Origin: Candidatus Kaiserbacteria bacterium
Lineage (GTDB): Bacteria > Patescibacteriota > Minisyncoccia > Phycocordibacterales > Phycocordibacteraceae
Direction: 5' to 3'
DNA length: 64,000 nucleotides
Assembly: GCA_963699165.1 (NCBI GenBank)
Contig: OY969413.1
Coordinates: 340,562-404,561 of the forward strand
Shown here piece by piece: positions 55,273 through 64,000 of this stretch (within the stretch, counting starts at the first letter, position 1; every line of letters starts with the position of its first letter). The notes below the pieces were generated by a model. That model was given only the letters and a program-made list of their open reading frames with translations, was not told the origin of the DNA and did no database searches. The position numbers were made by a program, and so were the translations under genes.

Positions 55273-55833
55273 ATGAGCGATGAGTTGCAAGAAAAAACCG
55301 ATGAGGAGCTCGCCGCGCTTGTTCAAGGAAATAATGAGGCGGCATTCGGTGTACTTATGAGTAGGTATCAGCCGAAGATGCTTCGGTACGGCAGAAAGTT
55401 TCTATCGGAAAATGCTCCCATCGAGGACGTCGTGCAGGAAGTATTTATCAAGACGTATCAAAACATTCGAAGCTTCGATGCCTCGCGGCCGTTCTCGCCG
55501 TGGATATACCGCATCGCGCATAACATGTTCGCAAACACGCTTCGCACCGACAGCCGCCGGCCCTTCGTCACGGTCAACCTCGACCTGTTTTCGGCGCACA
55601 CGGCGTATGAAATCGACCCGGCGGGCGACGAAGAGCGCGAGGAAATGCGTGCGCTCGTGGAAAGCGGCCTTGCGTCGCTTGCCCCGATGTATCGGGAAAT
55701 CCTCGTGCTGTATTATCTGGAACAATTGGGCTATCGGGAAATCGCCGACGTGCTTCGCGTGCCGGTCGGAACGGTCGGCATCCGCCTGCGACGAGCGCGC
55801 GAGGCATTGAAAAAATATGTTGAACGAAACTGA
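55273..55833 (+). CDS. ECF-subfamily RNA polymerase sigma-70 factor.
   Basis: Sigma70 region 2 (YQPKMLRYGRKFL...DVVQEVFIKTYQ) and region 4 HTH. Confidence 0.85.
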   Translation: MSDELQEKTDEELAALVQGNNEAAFGVLMSRYQPKMLRYGRKFLSENAPIEDVVQEVFIKTYQNIRSFDASRPFSPWIYRIAHNMFANTLRTDSRRPFVTVNLDLFSAHTAYEIDPAGDEEREEMRALVESGLASLAPMYREILVLYYLEQLGYREIADVLRVPVGTVGIRLRRAREALKKYVERN

Positions 55834-56527
55834 TATCCAAGAAAGTGTGCTCGATAAAATCCGTTCCGGCGGCGCGCCGATGCATTCGCGGCGGTATTTC
55901 GTGCTGCGCGCGCTCCTCACGGGCGCCGTTGCCACCTTTATTCTCGCATGCGCGCTTTTCGTGCTCAGTTTTGCCGCATGGAGCTCGGCCGCAAGCGGCA
56001 AACAGTTCCTGCTCGAATTTGGCGAGCGCGGCGTCTTTGCATTTCTCGCGCTGTTCCCGTGGCAATTTGTCATTTTTTCTTTCGCACTCTTGGCCGTGCT
56101 TGAGCTTTTTATGCGCGAATATACGCCCATATACCGATTTCCGCTGCTGCGGGTCTTTGCGTGGATTGTCGGCATCGGCATCGTCGGAAGCGCCTTGCTC
56201 GCGCTCACGCCGCTCCATTCGTTTTTGCTTTCGGAAGCCGACCGCGATCGCCTCCCGATTATCGGCGGCGTATATGAGCAAATTCACGATTCGCACGAGG
56301 AACAGGGTGTGTATCGCGGAGACGTCACCGCATTTACCGCAACCGGCTTCGTCATTTCCCATAATGACAATGACCGCGACTCCGATGATGGAACGTGGAC
56401 CGTTGTGCCGCCCGCCGGATTTAATGCGCACACGCTTTCCGTCGGGGAGAAAGTGTATGTTGCCGGACCGCTCGTGGACGGAATCGTGCACGCCTACGGC
56501 GTTCATCCGCTTCCAAACGGCGAGTGA
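55817..56527 (+). CDS. Multi-TM membrane protein immediately downstream of the ECF sigma; candidate anti-sigma factor.
   Basis: Overlaps the sigma gene stop. Several TM helices. No zinc-finger anti-sigma motif seen. Confidence 0.4.
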   Translation: MLNETDIQESVLDKIRSGGAPMHSRRYFVLRALLTGAVATFILACALFVLSFAAWSSAASGKQFLLEFGERGVFAFLALFPWQFVIFSFALLAVLELFMREYTPIYRFPLLRVFAWIVGIGIVGSALLALTPLHSFLLSEADRDRLPIIGGVYEQIHDSHEEQGVYRGDVTAFTATGFVISHNDNDRDSDDGTWTVVPPAGFNAHTLSVGEKVYVAGPLVDGIVHAYGVHPLPNGE

Positions 56528-56561
56528 AATAATTATGAGCCGCCGGTGTATCAACTAGGTA

Positions 56562-57368
56562 ATGACTACTCCAAAACTTATCGCATTCGTTCGCGGGCAG
56601 CTCGCCGCAGGCGTACCTGCTGCCGCCCTTCGGCAAACGCTTATTGCAAACGGCTGGACGGAAAACGACATTTCCGAGGTATTTTCGGTTGTTGCGGGAG
56701 GAACGCCGGCGAAGACCGCGGCTGATGTCAGACCGGCTCAGCGAACCGCGCTCCCGGGCGGCAAAATCGCGCTTTCGGCAGGCACCATCGTTGTGTCGAT
56801 CGGGTACGCGTTGTGGGTCAATCTCGGCGGCGTGCAATCCGTAACGTCGGCGCCCGCATCTTTGCCGAGTCAGGACTTGCAGACACCTATAACTATTTCC
56901 ACGGTTGCACCATCGCCTTCCGCGCCATCACCGGCGAGCGCGAATACGGCGCAAATCGCAACGGCTCCAAAGTCGCCTCCGTCGGCCAAAGCAACGGCAC
57001 CGGCGCGTACGATCCCCGTGGCAACCGAGACGGCTCCTGCCGCACCGGCACCTGCCCCCGCCGCTCCGCCGAAACCCGCGGGCGCATATGCCGACGGCTC
57101 GTATACCGGCACGGCTGAAAACGCGTATTATGGAACCGTGCAGGTGAAGGCGGTTATTTCCGGCGGCAAGATTTCGGATGTGCAGTTTCTCCAATATCCG
57201 AATGACCGTTCGAACTCGAGATTCATCAACGGCCGGGCCATGCCGCTGCTTACGCAGGAAGCAATCTCGGCGCAAAATGCCAATGTCGACGGCGTCTCGG
57301 GCGCGACATTCACCAGCCAGGCCTTTCAGCAATCGCTCGCATCGGCACTTGCGCTCGCAAAAAACTAA
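56562..57368 (+). CDS. Membrane-anchored FMN-binding domain protein (NqrC/RnfG-like).
   Basis: C-terminal FMN_bind domain GSYTGTAENAYYGTVQVKAVI...VDGVSGATFTS; P/A-rich linker. Confidence 0.7.
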   Translation: MTTPKLIAFVRGQLAAGVPAAALRQTLIANGWTENDISEVFSVVAGGTPAKTAADVRPAQRTALPGGKIALSAGTIVVSIGYALWVNLGGVQSVTSAPASLPSQDLQTPITISTVAPSPSAPSPASANTAQIATAPKSPPSAKATAPARTIPVATETAPAAPAPAPAAPPKPAGAYADGSYTGTAENAYYGTVQVKAVISGGKISDVQFLQYPNDRSNSRFINGRAMPLLTQEAISAQNANVDGVSGATFTSQAFQQSLASALALAKN

Positions 57369-58883
57369 ATGAAATTTGTCGACGGTTTTCTGAATAAAAT
57401 CACGATGTACCGCCTTGTGCTGTACTATCTCGTCGCGCTGCTCGGCATTGCGGCCGTTTTTGGCCTGTTCGGCGTTCTTCCGTACAATCCCGCAAATATC
57501 GCCTTCTCGGCGGCAATCATCCTCGCGGTCTGCCGGGCGGCAAACACGATCTTCGCAAAAGCGTTCGGCGCAACAACCAACGTCGAATCGGTCTACATCA
57601 CGGCCCTCATTTTGGCGCTCATCATCACGCCGGTTGCCCCGACCGACCCTGCGGGCATCGGATTTCTCATTTTCGCATCGGCATGGGCGATGGCATCGAA
57701 ATACATTTTCGCAATCGGCAAGAAGCATATTTTCAATCCGGCCGCGTTCGGCGTCGCGCTTTCGGCGATTGCCATAAATCAGTCGGCAACCTGGTGGGTC
57801 GCAGGAAATATTCCGCTTCTGCCGTTCGTCCTTGTGGGCGGACTACTTATCGTCCGCAAAATCCGCCGCGAGGATTTGGTCGTTGCGTTTGCCATCGTCG
57901 CTCTTGTGACTATAGCGCTCACGGGCGGCGGCGATTATCTAAAGTCGATTTCGCAAACGCTTCTGCACTCGTCATTCTTCTTCCTCGGACTCGTCATGCT
58001 TACCGAGCCGCTTACCATGCCGCCGAATCGGTTTCTGCGCATTGTGTACGCATCAATCGTCGGATTTTTGTTTGCGCCTAACATTCATCTCGGTTCGCTT
58101 TATCTTTCGCCCGAGCTTGCGCTTCTCGTCGGAAATATATTCGTCTACATTGTCAGCCCTAAAGGACGCTTTATGCTGTCGCTCGTCGAGAAAAACAAGC
58201 TCGCCGACGGCACGTACGAATTCGTGTTCGCTCCCGACCGCGCATTCGAGTCCTTCAATCCGGGCCAATATCTCGAATGGACGCTCGGACACCGTTTTGC
58301 CGATAATCGCGGCAACCGCCGGTATTTCACCATTGCATCGTCGCCGACCGAAAATTCCGTGCATCTCGGCGTAAAGTTTTACGAACCGAAAAGCACATTC
58401 AAACGGGCGCTGGATGCGATGCGGCCGGGCGATGTCATATCGGTCTCGAATCTTGCGGGCGATTTTACGCTTCCGAAAAACAAAAAGAAGAAATTGGTAT
58501 TTATTGCGGGCGGCATCGGCGTCACGCCGTTTCGCAGCATGGTGCAGTATCTTGTCGATACGAGCGACACACGGCCGGTAACACTGCTCTTTTCAAACAA
58601 AACCGCGTCCGAAATCGCATACAAGGATGTCTTTGATGCGGCCGCAGTGAAAATCGGTCTCAAAACCGTGTATGCGCTGACAAACGAACCGGCGCCCGTT
58701 CCCGGCACCTATGCGGGTATGATTGACCGCGCGCTCATTGAACGCGAAATTCCCGACTTCGCCGAGCGCACGTTTTATATTTCCGGCACACACGGCATGG
58801 TTGAAGCATTCAAGAAGACGCTGCGCGGCATGGGCGTGTCGCCATTCCGCATTAAGACCGACTACTTCCCCGGTTTCGCATAA
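57369..58883 (+). CDS. Fusion of an RnfD/NqrB-like polytopic membrane domain with a ferredoxin-NADP-reductase-type FAD/NAD-binding domain.
   Basis: HIFNPAAFG and LTEPLTMPP motifs. C-terminal RYFTIASSP (FAD), GGIGVTPF (NAD). Confidence 0.6.
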   Translation: MKFVDGFLNKITMYRLVLYYLVALLGIAAVFGLFGVLPYNPANIAFSAAIILAVCRAANTIFAKAFGATTNVESVYITALILALIITPVAPTDPAGIGFLIFASAWAMASKYIFAIGKKHIFNPAAFGVALSAIAINQSATWWVAGNIPLLPFVLVGGLLIVRKIRREDLVVAFAIVALVTIALTGGGDYLKSISQTLLHSSFFFLGLVMLTEPLTMPPNRFLRIVYASIVGFLFAPNIHLGSLYLSPELALLVGNIFVYIVSPKGRFMLSLVEKNKLADGTYEFVFAPDRAFESFNPGQYLEWTLGHRFADNRGNRRYFTIASSPTENSVHLGVKFYEPKSTFKRALDAMRPGDVISVSNLAGDFTLPKNKKKKLVFIAGGIGVTPFRSMVQYLVDTSDTRPVTLLFSNKTASEIAYKDVFDAAAVKIGLKTVYALTNEPAPVPGTYAGMIDRALIEREIPDFAERTFYISGTHGMVEAFKKTLRGMGVSPFRIKTDYFPGFA

Positions 58884-58908
58884 AAAACCGACCTGCGCTG
58901 AGGTCGGT
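58881..58908 (-). terminator. Rho-independent terminator for the minus-strand yvcK transcript.
   Basis: accgacct-gcgctg-aggtcggt followed by a U-run on the minus strand. Confidence 0.55.
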
Positions 58909-58915
58909 AGGGTGC

Positions 58916-59110
58916 ACGAGATGAAAAGAAGAAAGAAGAAGGAATGAGGATGAAGAACGGGAAGATGGGATGAGAGAGAGAAAGAGCAGAATGATTGTGC
59001 GCGGGTGCGGGATTGTTAATAATTAACCCCGCGAAGAAAGAGCGAAAGGAGCTTGAAATGTATATAGAGATGATGTAGAGAACCGGAAAAGGGGAAATCC
59101 GAGTGACGAG
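58916..59110 (+). repeat. ~190-bp GA-rich polypurine/polypyrimidine tract.
   Basis: Plus strand almost entirely purine (gaaaagaagaaagaagaaggaatgaggatgaagaacgggaagatgggatgagagagagaaagag...). Confidence 0.7.
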
Positions 59111-59207
59111 CGTAAAGCCGTACTCGAAAAGTTCCGCGCAAGTCCGGATTTCTACAGTCGATTTCAAGCTCCCTCCGATTAGTACAACGCACGGCGTCGA
59201 AAAAAAG

Positions 59208-60206
59208 TTACGCGGAATGCGCGGCGGCTCCTCTCGAAACCGCATATTGCATGGGAAACATTTTCAAAATGGTCTTGCGAAGCGCGACGGCATCGGTCAG
59301 CACCTGATCCGATTCTGAAATCATCGCAAGCGGCACGGAAACGATTCTCGGGTCGCGCGGGTTTTTAAACGAATCGAGTTCGACTTTTTGTTCGAGCGAA
59401 TATTTAAGCAGGATATCTTCGGGAATCGCAGCGCTGTTGCAAATGATAGAGTCGGCTTCCCTGCCGAGGTATGTTTCAATCTTCTCGACGAAGTCGCTCG
59501 CGGTATAGTTATCCGTCTCGCCCTTTTTCGTCATGATGTTGAGTATCAAAATGATTTTCGCATGCGAGGCCCGCAGGGATTCTTCCATGCCGCGCGGAAG
59601 CAAAATCGGAATGATGCTGGAATATAAATCGCCCGGACAAACGACGATGTAATCGGCATCCTTGATTGCGTCCGTCACGCATTCCGATGCGGAAACTTCG
59701 GGTTTCAGATAAATTTCCGCAATGGAATGCACCTCGGGATTCCAGAGCGGATTCTTCGCAATAGTATCGATGTTGGTTTCGCCGAAAATGGTGTTGCCCA
59801 TGCGGAGCGAGGCGCACAATTCCGTTTTCTCGTTCGTGACCGGAAGCACGCGATGCGCGCCCAGTCCGGCAATCCGCCACATCGTCTCGAGCGCATCCTC
59901 CGTGCCGCCGACTTTCTCAAGCGCATGGAAAAGAAGATTTTTCACCGAGTGGGAGTGCAAAGCGCCGCCTTCGTAGCGGTACATGAGAGCTTTCGAAAGC
60001 GCTTCGTCGTCGCAGAGCGCGGCAATGCATTTTGTCACGTCGCCCGTATATCCGGCGCCGTTGTATTCCCGCTGAAGCACGCCGGTCGAGCCGCCCGAAT
60101 CGGTGCTCGGACAGATGCCGGTAATTTGGATGTCCGAAATGCCTTTGAGCGCAGCAAGCACCTGCGAATGTCCGGTCCCGCCGCCTATGGTGACAAATTT
60201 TCTCAT
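59208..60206 (-). CDS. yvcK: YvcK/CofD-like gluconeogenesis factor (UPF0052).
   Basis: MRKFVTIGGGTGHSQVLAALKG N-terminal motif. Confidence 0.8.
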   Translation of the reverse strand: MRKFVTIGGGTGHSQVLAALKGISDIQITGICPSTDSGGSTGVLQREYNGAGYTGDVTKCIAALCDDEALSKALMYRYEGGALHSHSVKNLLFHALEKVGGTEDALETMWRIAGLGAHRVLPVTNEKTELCASLRMGNTIFGETNIDTIAKNPLWNPEVHSIAEIYLKPEVSASECVTDAIKDADYIVVCPGDLYSSIIPILLPRGMEESLRASHAKIILILNIMTKKGETDNYTASDFVEKIETYLGREADSIICNSAAIPEDILLKYSLEQKVELDSFKNPRDPRIVSVPLAMISESDQVLTDAVALRKTILKMFPMQYAVSRGAAAHSA

Positions 60207-60285
60207 GGATGGTCTATGCATATGCAGACGGCGTTGGTATCAAAATATAACACGGCTCTTCGGGGTATAGTTTCAATTCGCTCCT

Positions 60286-60306
60286 CAAAAACCGCCTTTC
60301 GGCGGT
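60286..60306 (-). terminator. Terminator downstream of rpmG.
   Basis: accgcc-tttc-ggcggt with flanking A/T runs. Confidence 0.55.
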
Positions 60307-60318
60307 TTTCGGCTTGCC

Positions 60319-60474
60319 CTACTTCTTCGCTTCCTTGAAAACCACGCGCTTTCTAAGTGTCGGGTCAAACTTGGTGACTTCGATTTTGCGGGCAACGGAT
60401 TTCTTGTTCTTGCGCGTCCAAATAACGTGCGGCGACTTGGTCGAACGAAGCTTGATGAGGCGGTCTTGTGACAT
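60319..60474 (-). CDS. rpmG: 50S ribosomal protein L33 (Cys-less type).
   Basis: LIKLRSTKSPHVIWTRKNKKSVARKIEVTKFDPTLRKRVVFKEAK aligns to E. coli L33 ([45 protein letters not shown]). Confidence 0.8.
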   Translation of the reverse strand: MSQDRLIKLRSTKSPHVIWTRKNKKSVARKIEVTKFDPTLRKRVVFKEAKK

Positions 60475-60546
60475 GTGAAGAAATCTAACAGAATATGCGG
60501 TTTTCTGCAATGGAGCCAGTCGTATCCGCTAGCGATTTGTGATAGC

Positions 60547-61374
60547 ATGATTCCAATGGCAAACCACGGAGAACTGCCGCGATTCCCCACTTCCACGGAA
60601 GGCATAGTTGACAGCGCATACTCAATCTTAGCCAATGAGGAATGCACGGGCAGGACATTTCGAAAGCGCGTTGATGCTCTAATTCCTCTCGAAGAGCGGG
60701 ATTTCCACGAGGACGAATCAATTCCGGCAAAGGATATTCAAGAAGTTTTTTCGGCCGCAGAGTATCATTTGATTCACGAAGAGGCCATGAAAGCTCTTCT
60801 TGAGCGCGGGTTTGAACCTGTGACCATCAACGGCACAATAGATCCGGACGCCGAACTAAATGACCTTTTGAAACCAATCGTTATGAAATATTGGGAGAAT
60901 AACGTGGACGTCCGGGAATACGAACAAAACATTCGGGAGTACGAGTTGCATGGCGAACACGATGTACGAAATTGGATTGCGGAATCGATTGGTGAAACTC
61001 CTGATGTCGTTTCCTTCGGGGATAGAATCAAGATACAGAGTAGAGTCATTGCGAAGTATCGTGAAAATCCTTCAGTGAGTTTGAAAGAGCTTACGCCCGA
61101 TTGCGCGAGGGAGTACTTTAAAGAGAAAACTATTTCTAGTTTTGAGAATATGTCTCTAGATGTTTTCCGAAAAAAAGTAGCTGACGTAGAGCCGAAAAAA
61201 GGCAAGCCATTAAGCAAGGCCGACCTCGAAATAATGCAAGCTGCAGTAGTCAGTAGATTGCGCGAGAGCGACTTCGGCAAAATGTCGACTGTTGTTCAGC
61301 GTGCTATCTCAACCGTATATCTGGGCCGCATGGAAGCAAAAGAGGCGCTGGGGTTGAGTACGAACGACGTGTAG
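60547..61374 (+). CDS. Hypothetical protein (lower GC, ~47%).
   Basis: ORF only. Start uncertain (60475-60547). Confidence 0.4.
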   Translation: MIPMANHGELPRFPTSTEGIVDSAYSILANEECTGRTFRKRVDALIPLEERDFHEDESIPAKDIQEVFSAAEYHLIHEEAMKALLERGFEPVTINGTIDPDAELNDLLKPIVMKYWENNVDVREYEQNIREYELHGEHDVRNWIAESIGETPDVVSFGDRIKIQSRVIAKYRENPSVSLKELTPDCAREYFKEKTISSFENMSLDVFRKKVADVEPKKGKPLSKADLEIMQAAVVSRLRESDFGKMSTVVQRAISTVYLGRMEAKEALGLSTNDV

Positions 61375-61426
61375 TGGTAACGCGCCAGAATTTCTCCCTA
61401 GTTACGCGAGTGAGGTATATAAACCG

Positions 61427-63988
61427 TCAGGCAACCGACGCTTCGATTCGATTCTTTCGTGAGCGTGTCTTTTTCTCGACATCGAAGTATGGTTCGTTGT
61501 TTTTTATGGACACCGTCACTGTTCCACCTTCCATGACGCCGTGGTCAACCATCATCGACGCGAGCGGCGTCAATATTTTATCCTGGATGGCGCGGCGAAG
61601 CGGACGCGCGCCATATTGCGAGCTAAAGCCCTTCTCCGCGAGCCACTGCCGCACTTCCGGCTCGACGCGTAGCACGATGCGCTTTTGCGCGAGCCGCGTC
61701 ATCACTTCTTCGACTTGCGTGTCGACGATTTTCGCAAGCGCTTCTTTCGAGAGAACGTCGAAGATGATGATGTCGTCGAGACGATTCAAAAATTCCGGAC
61801 GGAAATGTTCGCGAAGCGCATCCATGACTTTCTCTTTCGTCTCTTCGTAGCGGGTGACGTCGGTTGCACCCGCGGTGCCGAAACCGATATGCGCGAGCCG
61901 GTCGATGAATTCACCGCCGATGTTGCTCGTAAGAACGATGATGGTGTTTTTGAAATTCACCTTGCGGCCTTTTCCATCCGTCAAATGGCCGGAGTCGAGC
62001 ACCTGGAGCAAAATGTTGAACACTTCGGGATGCGCTTTCTCGATTTCGTCGAACAAAACGACCGCGTACGGGCGATGGCGGATGCGCTCGGTGAGCGTGC
62101 CGGATTCTTCGTAGCCGACATAGCCCGGCGGCGCGCCGATGAGTTTTGCGACCGAATGCTTTTCCATAAATTCGCTCATGTCCACGCGCACGAGCGCATC
62201 GGGGTCGTTAAACATGAATTCCGCGAGCCGCTTCGAAAGTTCTGTCTTGCCGACGCCCGTCGGCCCGAGGAACAGGAACGAACCGATTGGCCGGTTCGGG
62301 TCGCTGATGCCGACGCGCGAGCGCTTCACCGCATCGGTCACCTTCTTTACGGCGATATCCTGTCCGATGATGTTCTTCTTGAGCGATTCTTCCATGCGGC
62401 TCAATTTCGCCGCTTCTTCTTCGAGCATGCGCGCGACCGGAATGCCGGTCCAGCGGGAGACGACCGCAGCAATGTCTTGCTCTGTGACCTCTTCGTTCAG
62501 CACGCGCCGCGATTTTTGGAGCGTCTTCAATCGCTTGAGTTTTATCTCGAGATCCTTCTGCAAATGCGGGATGCGGCCGTAACGAATTTCGGCGACAGTG
62601 CCGAGGTCGGCGGCTATTTCGGCGTTGTCCGCCTGCACCTTAAGTTTTTCGATTTCCGTTTTATTGGAGCGAATTCCAACCAAGACCTCTTTTTCATTTT
62701 TCCATTTAAGCTCGAGTTCGCTTGTCTTCTCTTTCAAATCCGCAATTTCTTCGTCGATTACTTTGAGCCGGCTTTTAATTTCCTTGGAGTCCTCGCTGTT
62801 TAAGTCCTTCTGAAGCGCCTGCCGTTCGATTTCGAGGCGGCGGATTTTGCGGTCGGTTTCTTCCAAAAGCGGCGGCTTGTTTTCAAGCGCGATGCGAAGG
62901 CCGGACGCGGCCTCGTCGATAAGGTCGATGGCTTTGTCGGGCAAGAAACGGTCGCTGATATAGCGCGACGAAAGTTCGACTGCTGCGACGATTGCGCCAT
63001 CGGTGATGCGTACGCCGTGGAAGAGTTCGTATTTATCGCGCAGGCCGCGCAAAATGGCGATGCCGTCTTCAATGGATGGCTCTTGTACGAACACGGACTG
63101 GAACCGGCGCGTGAGCGCGGCGTCCTTTTCGATGTATTTTTGATATTCCTTCAGCGTCGTCGCACCGATGACGCGAATCTCGCCGCGCGAAAGCGCGGGC
63201 TTCAGCATGTTCGATGCGTCAAGCGAACCCTCCGCGCCGCCGGCGCCCACGAGCGTGTGCAGTTCGTCTACGAAAAGAACGACTTTCCCTTCCGCGCGTT
63301 CGACTTCTTTCATTACGTTTTTCATCCGCTCTTCGAATTCGCCGCGATATTTTGTGCCCGCAATCATAAGACCGAGGTCGAGCGAGAGAAGCTCTTTCCC
63401 TTTGAGCGATTCCGGTACGTCGCCGGTCGCCATTCGCGCGGCAAGCCCTTCGGCAATCGCCGTCTTCCCGACGCCCGCTTCGCCGATGAGGACCGGGTTG
63501 TTTTTCGTGCGGCGCGCGAGAATCTGGATGACGCGGTTGATTTCGATGTCGCGGCCGATGACCGGATCGAGTTTGTTTTCCGCGGCAAGCTTCGTCAGGT
63601 TGCGTGCATATTTCGCGAGCGCGCGAAAACGTTTCGGCTCCGCCGGCTGGCCGTCTTTTGAATTTTTAATCTCTTTAAGAACGGCGAGCGCGCCGTCGCG
63701 GGTGATGGAAAAGCGCGTCAAAATGTCGGCTGCGGCGCCCGGATGTTCGATGACGGCAAGAAAAAGATGTTCCGTGCCGACAAAGGCATCGTTCATGCGC
63801 GCGGCGATTTTTCCTGCTTCCTCGAGCGCCTGTGCGAGATCCGGCGTCAGGTAAATCTGGTACGAGGGCGAAAGCACCGACGCGGTCTCGGGCGACTCCA
63901 AATGTTCCAGCACGGCATCGGCGAGCATAATGGTGTCGACTTCCATGCGGTCCAAGATGGAAAACACGAGCGATTCTTCCTGCAGCAC
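61427..63988 (-). CDS. clpB: ATP-dependent chaperone ClpB, N-terminus beyond the window end.
   Basis: Two AAA+ modules (GEAGVGKTAIAEGLA; GPTGVGKTELSKRLA) with long coiled-coil M-domain between. Confidence 0.9.
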   Translation of the reverse strand: MLQEESLVFSILDRMEVDTIMLADAVLEHLESPETASVLSPSYQIYLTPDLAQALEEAGKIAARMNDAFVGTEHLFLAVIEHPGAAADILTRFSITRDGALAVLKEIKNSKDGQPAEPKRFRALAKYARNLTKLAAENKLDPVIGRDIEINRVIQILARRTKNNPVLIGEAGVGKTAIAEGLAARMATGDVPESLKGKELLSLDLGLMIAGTKYRGEFEERMKNVMKEVERAEGKVVLFVDELHTLVGAGGAEGSLDASNMLKPALSRGEIRVIGATTLKEYQKYIEKDAALTRRFQSVFVQEPSIEDGIAILRGLRDKYELFHGVRITDGAIVAAVELSSRYISDRFLPDKAIDLIDEAASGLRIALENKPPLLEETDRKIRRLEIERQALQKDLNSEDSKEIKSRLKVIDEEIADLKEKTSELELKWKNEKEVLVGIRSNKTEIEKLKVQADNAEIAADLGTVAEIRYGRIPHLQKDLEIKLKRLKTLQKSRRVLNEEVTEQDIAAVVSRWTGIPVARMLEEEAAKLSRMEESLKKNIIGQDIAVKKVTDAVKRSRVGISDPNRPIGSFLFLGPTGVGKTELSKRLAEFMFNDPDALVRVDMSEFMEKHSVAKLIGAPPGYVGYEESGTLTERIRHRPYAVVLFDEIEKAHPEVFNILLQVLDSGHLTDGKGRKVNFKNTIIVLTSNIGGEFIDRLAHIGFGTAGATDVTRYEETKEKVMDALREHFRPEFLNRLDDIIIFDVLSKEALAKIVDTQVEEVMTRLAQKRIVLRVEPEVRQWLAEKGFSSQYGARPLRRAIQDKILTPLASMMVDHGVMEGGTVTVSIKNNEPYFDVEKKTRSRKNRIEASVA

Positions 63989-64000
63989 GAGCGCGGCAAG

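Noticed and set aside
58862-59245. 127-aa minus-strand ORF across the polypurine tract.
   Set aside because: Translation of a polypyrimidine strand (Ser/Phe/Pro-rich). No RBS. Compositional artifact.

Overview
This is a 64 kb bacterial chromosomal segment of about 57% GC, mostly housekeeping genes with heavy insertion-sequence load. Readable genes include: uvrC, uvrA and uvrB; tgt; an FKBP isomerase; a DedA protein; a ZIP transporter; DsbA; a NUDIX hydrolase; an SDR oxidoreductase; dnaX; dus; serS; dprA; topA; a Rel/SpoT enzyme; parB; the CCA-adding enzyme; a peroxiredoxin; miaA; metK; rpmG (L33); an ECF sigma factor; yvcK; and a partial clpB. Mobile elements: two near-identical IS30 copies in direct orientation 22 kb apart, three different IS481-family transposase genes, an IS3 element with a programmed -1 frameshift inserted at the end of one IS481-like gene, and an adjacent IS1595 element.

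RNA features: three tRNAs (Gln-TTG on the minus strand, Leu-CAA and Trp-CCA on the plus strand) and a clear SAM-I riboswitch upstream of metK.

The most unusual region is 43.9-50.5 kb. It contains a promoter-driven structured leader with a near-consensus type III hammerhead ribozyme motif 85 nt upstream of tRNA-Leu. Beyond that tRNA, a 189-bp unit starts with the tRNA-Leu 3' end and is tandemly repeated about 3.6 times. A 62-nt element inserted in the last unit recurs downstream of tRNA-Trp. Between the two tRNAs lies an operon of two recently duplicated modules, each a membrane-anchored peptidoglycan hydrolase with a VirB2-like N-terminus plus a small partner protein. Downstream of tRNA-Trp are three long perfect hairpins, two tandem palindromic operators and a small AbrB-like protein.

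Other notable items: an orphan VirD4/TraG-like ATPase, an HTH protein gene overlapping tRNA-Gln on the same strand, a low-GC two-gene insertion beside an IS481-like element, and a Cys-rich 8-codon mini-ORF followed by terminators.
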